Both the position numbers and the translations under genes were made by a program. The notes under the pieces are model-generated. The model made no database searches and had not been told where the DNA came from. It saw nothing but the letters and a program-made list of their open reading frames with translations. Positions 36,162-44,968 of a DNA stretch of 64,000 nt are shown in pieces. Each line of letters starts with the position of its first letter. Within the stretch, counting starts at the first letter, position 1. Source of the DNA: Alphaproteobacteria bacterium (GTDB lineage: Bacteria > Pseudomonadota > Alphaproteobacteria > CAAGCB01 > CAG-977); the NCBI GenBank assembly GCA_017616015.1, contig JAFZYY010000030.1, forward strand, positions 247,706-311,705. Reading direction: 5' to 3'.

Positions 36162-38627
36162 ATGACCGAATTACTCGATTTTCCCGCCCGTCCGAAAATT
36201 TACGCTTACACTTTACCGGAATACAAAGACAAAAACTGGCTGAAAATCGGCTATACGACACGCGATGTCCGCGAACGCGTCAATGAACAGCACGGTGTGT
36301 TAAAACCGATTGAAACTGCCGCCGAAATCGTTTTTGAAACGGACGCCGTGCGTGATGACGGCACTTTGTTTCTTGATCACGATTTTCATCGCTATATCAA
36401 ACAAAACTGTATCAAACATTTGCGCGGCGAATGGTATGAAATCACTCTGCCCGAATTGAAAGCGGCGATGACCGCTTTTAAAAAACGTCGTCCAAACGTC
36501 GATCTGAAACGAACGGAAACTTTTTCTATGCGTCCCGAACAGCGCGACGCCGTTGATATGACCGCCGCTTATTTCAAGGTTTTTTCCGTTGAAAAGACGG
36601 GTAAAACGCCTCATTTCCTTTGGAACGCGAAAATGCGTTTCGGCAAAACGTTTGCCGCCTATCAACTTGCCAAAAAAATGGGGTGGAAAAAAATCCTTGT
36701 CCTGACGTTTAAGCCTGCTGTTCAAAGCGCGTGGGAATCCGACCTGAAAACACACACAGATTTTTCGGAGTGGCAGTTTGTCGTCAATGACGGGGAAGGT
36801 TATCAAAGAATCAATAAATCAAAGCCTTTTGTTTGGTTCGCGTCGTTTCAGGATTTGCTCGGCAAAAACGAGTTGGGCGGTATTAAAACCAAAAATGAAA
36901 TCGTCCACGCGATCAACTGGGATTGTATCATTCTTGACGAATACCATTTCGGCGCATGGCGCGACAGAGCCAAAGACCTCTACGATGCGGAAGAAAAAGA
37001 GGAAAATCCGCAAATAGACGATTATGACGAAGAATTGATGCCTTTGACGACAAACGCCTATCTGTATTTATCGGGAACGCCTTTTCGCGCCCTGAACAAC
37101 GGCGAGTTTCTGGAAGATCAGATTTTCAACTGGACTTATACGGATGAACAACGCGCCAAACGGGAATGGAACGAGGAAACGGAAAATCCGTATCTTGAAT
37201 TGCCTCAAATGGTGATGATGACTTACCGCCTGCCGCGTGAAATCCGTGAAATCGCTTTGCAGGGCGAGTTTGACGAATTCGATCTGAACGAATTTTTCAA
37301 AACTGAAAATAAAGACGGAGAGCCTGTCTTTAAACACGAAAACGAAGTGAAAAACTGGCTTGATTTGATACACGGTCAATACCTGCCGACCGAAATCGAC
37401 AGCCTGAAAACAGGCAAGCGTCCGCCGATGCCTTTTTCCGATGTCCGTCTGACCGCTTGTTTGCGTCATACATTGTGGTTTCTGCCGAATGTCGGCGCGT
37501 GCAAAGCGATGGAAAAGCTTTTAAAAAATCATTCTTTTTACGGTAAATATAAAGTCGTCTGCTGTGCCGGACAAGAAGCGGGCATCGGCGTTGACGCTTT
37601 ACCGCCCGTTACGGACGCAATCGGGAATAATCCGCTGAACACGTTATCCATTACGCTCTCTTGCGGCAAACTGATGACGGGTGTTTCCGTCAAGGCGTGG
37701 GGCGGTATTTTGATGTTGCGTAATACGTCCAGTCCCGAAACATATTTTCAGGCGGCGTTCCGCGTGCAAACGCCGTTCAAGCTTGTCAATCCGACCGGTG
37801 TTTATCCGAACGAAACGCAAATCGTCAAACCCGTTTGCTATGTCTTTGATTTCGCGCCCGACCGCGCGTTAAAACAAATCGCCGAATACAGCGGGCGGCT
37901 TGATTTGAACAGTCCCGACAGTCCGGAACAAAAAGTTTCGGAATTCGTCAAATTTCTGCCCGTCCTGTGCTATGACGGCGAAACGATGAACCTCTTGGAC
38001 GCGGGACAGTTGCTTGATATGGTCGTGTCGGGGACGGCTTCGACGATGCTTGCCCGTCGTTGGGAAAGCGCGCTGTTAGTCAATGTCGATAACGAAACGT
38101 TGAAGAAACTTCTGAACAATCCCAAAGCGATGGAAGCTTTGGAACGCATTGAGGGATTCCGCGGACTGAACAAAGAACTGTCCACAATCGTCAACCGCTC
38201 CGAAGCCTTGAAAAAAACTAAAAAAGAGGCGAGCGGTGGCGAAAGCGCGGCGGAAAAACGCGAACTGACTAAAGAAGAAAAAGAAATCAAATCCAAACGG
38301 AAAATCATTCAGGAAAAATTGCTGAAATTCGCGACCAGAATCCCCGTGTTTATGTATCTGACGGACGCGCGGGAACAAACTTTGAAAGACGTGATAACGC
38401 AACTTGAACCGGCTTTGTTCCGCAAAGTTACGGGCTTGACGATCCCTGATTTTGAATTGCTTGTCAGTATCGGGATTTTCAATGCGCAAGTGATGAACTC
38501 CGCGATTTTGGCGTTTAAACGATATGAAGAAGCGTCCTTAATCTATACGGGTTTGAACAGACACGAAAACGAACTGATCGGCGGGTGGGATACAACCTTT
38601 ACTGTCGAAGAAATGAGGCAGATGTAA
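36162..38627 (+). CDS. GIY-YIG nuclease domain fused to SF2 helicase (putative restriction subunit)
   Basis: N-terminus KIYAYTLPEYKDKNWLKIGYTTRDVRERVNEQ (GIY-YIG pattern). Helicase motifs MRFGKT, ILDEYHF, LSGTPF. 821 aa, starts 5 nt after the methyltransferase stop. Confidence 0.7.
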   Translation: MTELLDFPARPKIYAYTLPEYKDKNWLKIGYTTRDVRERVNEQHGVLKPIETAAEIVFETDAVRDDGTLFLDHDFHRYIKQNCIKHLRGEWYEITLPELKAAMTAFKKRRPNVDLKRTETFSMRPEQRDAVDMTAAYFKVFSVEKTGKTPHFLWNAKMRFGKTFAAYQLAKKMGWKKILVLTFKPAVQSAWESDLKTHTDFSEWQFVVNDGEGYQRINKSKPFVWFASFQDLLGKNELGGIKTKNEIVHAINWDCIILDEYHFGAWRDRAKDLYDAEEKEENPQIDDYDEELMPLTTNAYLYLSGTPFRALNNGEFLEDQIFNWTYTDEQRAKREWNEETENPYLELPQMVMMTYRLPREIREIALQGEFDEFDLNEFFKTENKDGEPVFKHENEVKNWLDLIHGQYLPTEIDSLKTGKRPPMPFSDVRLTACLRHTLWFLPNVGACKAMEKLLKNHSFYGKYKVVCCAGQEAGIGVDALPPVTDAIGNNPLNTLSITLSCGKLMTGVSVKAWGGILMLRNTSSPETYFQAAFRVQTPFKLVNPTGVYPNETQIVKPVCYVFDFAPDRALKQIAEYSGRLDLNSPDSPEQKVSEFVKFLPVLCYDGETMNLLDAGQLLDMVVSGTASTMLARRWESALLVNVDNETLKKLLNNPKAMEALERIEGFRGLNKELSTIVNRSEALKKTKKEASGGESAAEKRELTKEEKEIKSKRKIIQEKLLKFATRIPVFMYLTDAREQTLKDVITQLEPALFRKVTGLTIPDFELLVSIGIFNAQVMNSAILAFKRYEEASLIYTGLNRHENELIGGWDTTFTVEEMRQM

Positions 38628-38800
38628 AACATCTATTATATGGAAAAATTATACCCGTTTTTATTAGCGGTTCACAAAAGGATAAAATCAGACAATTATC
38701 GTTGCTATTCGATATTAATATCGTTGACGTTTTCAATCTGATATAGAACTCGTATAAAAAAGAACTGGAGAAGGGCAACATTAAGGTAGATTTTAAACAC

Positions 38801-39613
38801 TTATGTGTTCGACGTATTCAAAATTTTAGAGATACCATTATGTTTTTCTAACCAATCATAATAGCCGTCTATTTCAGGATATGTAAGATTTATTACAAAT
38901 TCAATTCCCCTTATGACAAGAATAAAATATACGGTAGCACATATGGCATTACCTATTTTCCCTTCTTTTATAATGAGAAAATCGCATTCAAATTTTTTCT
39001 GAATAGCACATCCTGATGAATCAATATCATATTCATACATACCGTAGATTCTTCGAATACTACATGGCCAATCATAAGGCGTTCCTAGTCTCGCATAATT
39101 ACGTATTAAGTCATATTGTACATCGTCAATAATTTCATTTAAACTATTCTCGATGTCTTTTAGACAATAAGCCCAATATTCAAGGGCGATTTTTGCAAGT
39201 AATCGAGATGTGTAAATATTACTTTCAAACTTTGTATTATCTGTAAAAACTGGAATATATAGATGTCCGCCTTTTGTGTTTTTTATAGCATTAAAAACAC
39301 TATCATTCATTATATGAAAAGTTAAGGTTAAAGGGGAATCTTCTATACAAATTTGTGTTTTTTTATCATTAAAGGTACATTCAACAGCAGGCATTCTACC
39401 TATTTTATTTGGAATTTTTTCATACAAACGCCATAATTTAACAACGTCTAAGTCCATAAATTTTTTTTCGACTTTACGTGCAAAATAGTTATTACATTTA
39501 TCACAGACATATCCACGGGGAAGTATTAAAGTCGTGTTGCCCAGTGATTCTGGTATTATATGTTCTATACTTTTTGTGCTTGAAGAATCTTGCTTACAAA
39601 ACAAACAACGCAT
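38801..39613 (-). CDS. HNH endonuclease family protein
   Basis: N-terminal CLFCKQ...HIIPESLGN...CDKCN (Cys4/His HNH core). 270 aa, AT-rich. Confidence 0.7.
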   Translation of the reverse strand: MRCLFCKQDSSSTKSIEHIIPESLGNTTLILPRGYVCDKCNNYFARKVEKKFMDLDVVKLWRLYEKIPNKIGRMPAVECTFNDKKTQICIEDSPLTLTFHIMNDSVFNAIKNTKGGHLYIPVFTDNTKFESNIYTSRLLAKIALEYWAYCLKDIENSLNEIIDDVQYDLIRNYARLGTPYDWPCSIRRIYGMYEYDIDSSGCAIQKKFECDFLIIKEGKIGNAICATVYFILVIRGIEFVINLTYPEIDGYYDWLEKHNGISKILNTSNT

Positions 39614-39873
39614 TTTATTCCTTTACTCAGAGTCAAACTTTAGTCGTTGAGTAAATATTATAAAAAAAGTCAAGTCTTTTTGTGACAAGAAAAAAATGTA
39701 CCCTGAGTGTTATTAATGAGAAAAACTTTCGTGGTAATTCTCTGAAGAGTGTCGAAAAAATTTTGTTCTATAATCATCAGTCGATGGATAATTCAGAAGT
39801 GAAGCAAAAAAATGAACAAATCAGTTTGCGGAACACAAAAATCAAAGTTGAAGAAGGGCGATAAATGTGAAAA

Positions 39874-40245
39874 TTAATCTATATATATAAAAGATTGAGG
39901 GGGTTTTGCTATTCCATAATCCGCAAGAGTTTTTTCTTTTTTAAAGCGTGTCACCTTTCCCAATTGATAAGCATAAGCACATTCTTTTTGAGAAAAATAC
40001 TCCATAAATTTTTTTCTGCTAATGCCGGCTCTCGGAGATGTTTGATTCCATAAATCGCTGGGCGTAGATTTTAAGATATCTGTAACTTCAACTTCGCCAA
40101 CAACCTTCATTTTTGGGGCCGAGGTATAAATTAGAATTTTGTTGACCGAGCGAGAGGCGCATTTGCGGCGAAATTCAAATTTCTTTTCACCGGATAAAAT
40201 CCGTTCTGAATATTCCGGTTTGATAGATAGCAAAATCGTACACAT
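39874..40245 (-). CDS. ASCH domain protein
   Basis: 123 aa. ILLSIKPEYSERILSGEKKFEFRR matches the ASCH/PUA-like N-terminal beta-barrel pattern. Confidence 0.65.
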   Translation of the reverse strand: MCTILLSIKPEYSERILSGEKKFEFRRKCASRSVNKILIYTSAPKMKVVGEVEVTDILKSTPSDLWNQTSPRAGISRKKFMEYFSQKECAYAYQLGKVTRFKKEKTLADYGIAKPPQSFIYID

Positions 40246-40256
40246 GAGAACCTCTC

Positions 40257-41777
40257 TTAAACATACTTTATGGAAGTTTGAGCCAGTTGTAAAATTTTTT
40301 CATATTGTGCATCGGTAATTCGAGTAAACGATTGAGGACCACTTGGAAAAGAAAGAATTTTTTCATCCCATAGTTCTTTTAAAATAGGTCTTTTTACCAA
40401 AGGCGAAACCTGTATAAATTTTACGGCTATTAAATTGCCATTAAAATGATTCCATATGGCACGTAATTCTTTTTCTGGAAAGACACTTCTGTTTTGGCAG
40501 TATTTTATTAAATCGATTTCAGAATGCAAATCCGTTTTTATCTCATCAACGATACAAAGAGTCGATAAAACAGATTTATGGGCTTTTTTTTCATACGGCT
40601 CTGCCATTCTGTAAAAAAATACTAAATCCCCCGGATGAGCCCCATTCGTTTCTGTGGACCACGGTATATAAACTTTTTGTAAAGCATATTTACAAGCATC
40701 TTTTCCCAAAAAATTTATTTGGTTTTCTGTTTTTAACTGAGAATCGGGGAGAAGATGAGTGTGCCAACATGCTTTAATTGGCATAATGAATTTATTAACA
40801 TTATGAAGTATATTTGGGAAATTCTTTTTAGGAGAAAGAGTTGAATCATATGTGTTTAATTTTTTTACAAAAACCGCCTCTTCCTTACCCGTAGAAGTGT
40901 TTTTTCCATATCTAAAAAATCCCCATCTTTCGAATAATTCTTGGAGAGCTCCAAGTTCGGGGCGGTCTTCAAACAGGGTAACATAAATTTCATCTACCTT
41001 GCGTTTTAAAGCATTATCAAAGATGATTTTTATAAATCTTTCTCCTAGACGAAAGCCAGTAGATTCGACTTTAAATGTTCCTACTTTTAATCGACGTTTG
41101 GGTAAGAAGGTCGGTTGCATATATGGATAAGGTTCCGTTTCTTCTTCTGTTTTTAAATATAAAAAACCTAAAATATTATTTTGATCGTCATTACAAATAT
41201 ATGCTTCTTCATCGCATTTTTTTGCGAACCAATCTTCAAAACCGGGATAATCTTTTTTAAATGTATTAAAGAAATTATCCTTTACATTTAGATCCCCAAA
41301 AAGAGTTTTTCGGACAGACAACGCTTTATATTCAATTAACTGGGGATAACGTTCTGAAGCAGATTTAATGAAGTGATCTATGGAATAGACTCTATCTCCT
41401 AAACCTATTTCTGCCGCTTTTTTTTGTAATCCCTTATCTTCAGTTATTAAAATATTGGCGTGATTTAAAAATAAAGAATTTAACAAAATAGTATCGTTAA
41501 AATCATTCTCAGTTTTATCAATGCTTTTAAATTTTTCATAGATTGTCTTATCGATACTCTCGTTAACCTTTAAAACATTATAAGAGGACAATTTTATTTT
41601 AAAGGCTTCTCTAACGGTAGGGCTATTATATTTTTCTATTTCCTTTATAGAAACAGGATGGACAATCTTCTCAAAATGCAAGCGATCTAGCCAACGGAAA
41701 AGATGTCCAATGCTGTAATTCATTGGAAAAATACTTTCACGATAGATCAGTATGTTTGTATCAAGAAGAACCCTCAT
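40257..41777 (-). CDS. PIN domain + GNAT acetyltransferase-like + PUA-like (EVE/ASCH-type) fusion protein
   Basis: 506 aa. MRVLLDTNILIY and ILITEDKG (PIN). TGFRLGERFIKIIFDNALKRKVDEIYVTLFE then LQELFERWGFFRYG (GNAT motifs A/B). C-terminal GDLVFFYRM...KSVLSTLCIVDEI (EVE-like). Confidence 0.6.
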   Translation of the reverse strand: MRVLLDTNILIYRESIFPMNYSIGHLFRWLDRLHFEKIVHPVSIKEIEKYNSPTVREAFKIKLSSYNVLKVNESIDKTIYEKFKSIDKTENDFNDTILLNSLFLNHANILITEDKGLQKKAAEIGLGDRVYSIDHFIKSASERYPQLIEYKALSVRKTLFGDLNVKDNFFNTFKKDYPGFEDWFAKKCDEEAYICNDDQNNILGFLYLKTEEETEPYPYMQPTFLPKRRLKVGTFKVESTGFRLGERFIKIIFDNALKRKVDEIYVTLFEDRPELGALQELFERWGFFRYGKNTSTGKEEAVFVKKLNTYDSTLSPKKNFPNILHNVNKFIMPIKACWHTHLLPDSQLKTENQINFLGKDACKYALQKVYIPWSTETNGAHPGDLVFFYRMAEPYEKKAHKSVLSTLCIVDEIKTDLHSEIDLIKYCQNRSVFPEKELRAIWNHFNGNLIAVKFIQVSPLVKRPILKELWDEKILSFPSGPQSFTRITDAQYEKILQLAQTSIKYV

Positions 41778-41780
41778 GTG

Positions 41781-42809
41781 TTACACTCTTTTCCTTTTGT
41801 TGAAGATATTAACGAGCCCTTTTATTAAAAATATCCCTATTAATATAACGATTAGAAACAATAGTATTTTATATTCAATAGGAATCTTTCCAAACGCAAA
41901 AGGTTTGTTTTCAAAAATCTTTCTGATATTGCTGATTGCTATTAACGAACTGCATAAAATATTTACAAATATTGCAATTATTATCTGTTTTGCTCCAATT
42001 TTTTCTTCGGAAAAAATTGAAAAAAACGAATAACTCGGCTTGCCTTCATCTTTATAAAAAGTTGTTATATACGAATCATTATTTATGCCTTCTATGTTTG
42101 GAAGGTACTTTTTAAAAAAGTTTGTTTCAAGATTACGTATATTAGACAGTTTTTTATCATCAACAAAAATAACTTCATATGTATTTGGAATGACATGTAG
42201 CATTAATGCCTTTTGAATATCACTGCACTCGAGGTTCTTTTTATCTATCGTTTCAATGATTTTTTGTGGCATATTCCTTTTTTCATTAATTTTAAAATCG
42301 AATATAAAGATGTTTTTTGAAATACTTCCTTTGAAAAGAGCAAAAGTTTTTTCATACGTTTGGATAAGAAATCTTATGTAAGGATGAGCATCATTAGCTG
42401 ATTTATTTGTAAAGGTTATATTCAAAACTCCATCTTTTTCTACATGGCATAATACGTTTAAAGCCGCAATTTTTCGGTCGCTGTTTTTAAAAGAGATTAT
42501 TGATCCGTTGTGTTTATTTCCATTGATTGGAGATATAGATTCTACAACTTCATTAAAAATGAATTGAGCATTATCAGAATCGCTAAACTTTTCGTGAAGA
42601 CTTTCTATTTTGCATTTTTCACTTATCCAAGGAGCAAAAAAGAACATATTATAATTCTCATCAATTTTTAAAGAATCCTTACAAAATTCTACTCCTATTT
42701 CGATGCAAGTTTTTTTATCGCGGATATCCCATGAGCATATTTGCATACGTTCAATTCTTTTCGTTTCTATATTGTTTTTTTCGTGCAAAAGAAATAATGA
42801 GTTATCCAT
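41781..42809 (-). CDS. membrane protein with two C-terminal TM helices and an ~270-aa N-terminal soluble domain
   Basis: Hydrophobic helices IIIAIFVNILCSSLIAISNI and ILLFLIVILIGIFLIKGLVNIF at the C-terminus. 4-nt gap to the next gene. Confidence 0.55.
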   Translation of the reverse strand: MDNSLFLLHEKNNIETKRIERMQICSWDIRDKKTCIEIGVEFCKDSLKIDENYNMFFFAPWISEKCKIESLHEKFSDSDNAQFIFNEVVESISPINGNKHNGSIISFKNSDRKIAALNVLCHVEKDGVLNITFTNKSANDAHPYIRFLIQTYEKTFALFKGSISKNIFIFDFKINEKRNMPQKIIETIDKKNLECSDIQKALMLHVIPNTYEVIFVDDKKLSNIRNLETNFFKKYLPNIEGINNDSYITTFYKDEGKPSYSFFSIFSEEKIGAKQIIIAIFVNILCSSLIAISNIRKIFENKPFAFGKIPIEYKILLFLIVILIGIFLIKGLVNIFNKRKRV

Positions 42810-43341
42810 TTAACACTCCTGCTAGAAATTCGATAACCTCTTTCTCATCATATCCATTATACTGCATATGATGAATATATAAAGGAGTTCCGGTGTGGTT
42901 TGAAAAGATTTCGGCTTGATGATGTTCCGCTGTCATAAGAGTTGTTATCTCGAGTAAAGAATAATCTTTTTTATCTCTATGCAACAAGTTTTGTTGAAGT
43001 CTTACGGGATCTGCTTCTAATAACAATATTTTTTCAAAATGCATTTTTGCTAAATCATCTAACGATAATAAGTCCGGAATATTTCCTTTTTTTAAAATAC
43101 AGAAATGACCGTCTAAGAAAAATAGAGGATATGTTTTTAATTTTTTTTCAATCTGCTCAATTAGAAGGGCTTGGTTGTTTTTTTTATTCGTCACATATTT
43201 ATTGCGACCATATGTTTCATCATTGACTTCAGATATTAACATACCGGCAGAAAAATGCGGGATTTTCGTTTTTTCAAAGATACTTTCCAAAAGTGTACTT
43301 TTCCCGACACCATAACAGCCCGCGACAAAAATTACTCCCAT
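42802..43341 (-). CDS. P-loop NTPase, nucleotide-kinase-like
   Basis: Walker A AGCYGVGKST and Walker B-like LFFLDGHF. 179 aa. Overlaps the next gene by 8 nt. Confidence 0.65.
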   Translation of the reverse strand: MGVIFVAGCYGVGKSTLLESIFEKTKIPHFSAGMLISEVNDETYGRNKYVTNKKNNQALLIEQIEKKLKTYPLFFLDGHFCILKKGNIPDLLSLDDLAKMHFEKILLLEADPVRLQQNLLHRDKKDYSLLEITTLMTAEHHQAEIFSNHTGTPLYIHHMQYNGYDEKEVIEFLAGVLNG

Positions 43342-43436
43342 TAATCTCTCCTTTTAAAGATATAGCTTTTTTATCACAATTATGTGAACATTTCAAGAAC
43401 ATTTATAGGCTAATTGCATTGATAAAACAGGGCGGA

Positions 43437-43661
43437 TTACTCCGCCCTGTCTGTTGATACGTTTTTGTTGATCCACTCGTCCAAATCGGTTTTTCGGTAT
43501 CGGATGACTTTCCCCAATTTGACAAACGGCAAGCCGTATTTGTTCGTCATACGCCAGACGGCAAGCGTGTTGATCTTGACGCCGATGTAAACAGCGGCGT
43601 CTCGCGGTGTCATCAATCCGGCGGGGGATATGTTGCAGGCTTCTTTACAGGTTCGTTCCAT
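43437..43661 (-). CDS. xis: AlpA-family excisionase/HTH regulator
   Basis: MTPRDAAVYIGVKINTLAVWRMTNKYGLPFVKLGKVIRYRKTDLDEWI matches the AlpA/Xis pattern. The track ORF is longer (to 43727); start chosen at MERT. Confidence 0.6.
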   Translation of the reverse strand: MERTCKEACNISPAGLMTPRDAAVYIGVKINTLAVWRMTNKYGLPFVKLGKVIRYRKTDLDEWINKNVSTDRAE

Positions 43662-43950
43662 ATGTTCCTCCTTTCTTTGACGAAGGCTTGAACACACAGA
43701 AACACCAGCGCACACGTCCTTCATCAAATAAATGATGTTGATTTCGTTTGAATTGTGTGCAGGCTCGGTAAATACCGGTCTGTGCTAAAAAGCTGTTATC
43801 AATCTAAGCATATCAACGCCTTGTTTGCAATATCCCCCGTGTATGATTGTGATTGATTATCGTTACCGGACGGAAAAAAGAAAATACGGATTGCGTTTTT
43901 TACGCTTTTGACTGATGATGAATGAGGAAGATTGATGACATTTGAACGGT

Positions 43951-43976
43951 GTCGGGGTTGACCGTCGGTTGACCGG
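43951..43976. promoter_or_regulatory. GGTTGACCG x2 direct repeats near the tRNA-proximal island end (candidate arm-type sites)
   Basis: gtcggggttgaccgtcggttgaccgg, 74 bp inside the att repeat, in the xis upstream region. Matches 30857-30880. Confidence 0.5.
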
Positions 43977-44049
43977 AGTTCCTTTGACAAGGGTGTTGAA
44001 AGCTTGTCCGGGAATCAAAAAAGCCGTTGAAAATCAACGGCTTATCTGT

Positions 44050-44123
44050 TGGCTGGGGAACCTGGACTCGAACCAAGACTAACGGAGTCAGAGTCCGCTG
44101 TTCTACCTTTAAACTATTCCCCA
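44050..44123 (-). tRNA. tRNA-Gln (anticodon CUG)
   Basis: 74 nt including CCA. Acceptor stem tggggaa/ttcccca, T-loop TTCGAGT, anticodon loop cuCUGac. Its 3' 44 nt (44050-44093) are duplicated at 30686-30729. Confidence 0.9.
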
Positions 44124-44206
44124 ACGAATAAAGTATGCTTTATATAATCCTTTGCGGCCGCTTTGACAAGTTTTTTTTGCGAAGTTTAGGAATTTTCTTT
44201 CGGATT

Positions 44207-44839
44207 TTAAGGAATCAGGCTACGAACGCCGTCTATAACGAATTGCGCCGCCATTGCGCCTAAGATGATGCCGAGCAGTTTTGAAATAACGGTATTAACG
44301 GTTTGTCCTAAAACGCGGGCGAAATAATTTGACAGTCTGAACAATACGTATGTTATCAGGGAAACCAAGATTAAAGCTGAAATGACATACAGCTGCTGTC
44401 CCCATTGTCCGTGGCGTTCCGACATCAACAATATGATGGAAGCGATAGAACCGGGGCCGGCAATTAGAGGAACAGCCAAAGGAAAGACGGCAACGTCGTT
44501 TGCGTAAGGGTTTTCGGTGACTTCGCCGGCGGCTTTTTCTTTTTGTTCTTCAACAAAAATCATTCGCAAAGCGACGATCAACAACATAATGCCCCCCGCG
44601 ATGCGAAATGCCGGCATGGAAATGCCTAACAGGTTTAAGAAGGCTTCGCCGGCATACGCGAAAAACAGCATGACAAAAAAGCCGATGAAAACAGATCTCT
44701 TAGCCATCAACAGACGATAACCGGGACGCGGGCTTTCCGTCAGACTCATAAAAATAGGCATGTTTCCAATCGGATCCATAACAACGAAAAGCATTGTAAA
44801 CGGAGGCAGGAACATATCCAAAAACGAAAACATACGCAA
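44207..44839 (-). CDS. MarC family integral membrane protein
   Basis: 210-aa multi-TM protein with the typical MarC/UPF0056 layout. Confidence 0.75.
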   Translation of the reverse strand: MRMFSFLDMFLPPFTMLFVVMDPIGNMPIFMSLTESPRPGYRLLMAKRSVFIGFFVMLFFAYAGEAFLNLLGISMPAFRIAGGIMLLIVALRMIFVEEQKEKAAGEVTENPYANDVAVFPLAVPLIAGPGSIASIILLMSERHGQWGQQLYVISALILVSLITYVLFRLSNYFARVLGQTVNTVISKLLGIILGAMAAQFVIDGVRSLIP

Positions 44840-44968
44840 AGTCCTTTTTAAAAATACATCTTTCGGCTAGGATAGCAAAATCAAACGTAAAATAAAAGGG
44901 GACGAAAAGAATTTGTTTTATTCTTCCGTTACTTCGGATATGTTAGGGCGTATATTTGCTGAAAAGGA

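Noticed and set aside
39682-39864. 60-aa ORF in the AT-rich gap between the HNH gene and the ASCH gene
   Set aside because: Short, no ribosome-binding site or motif, in a likely promoter or intergenic region.
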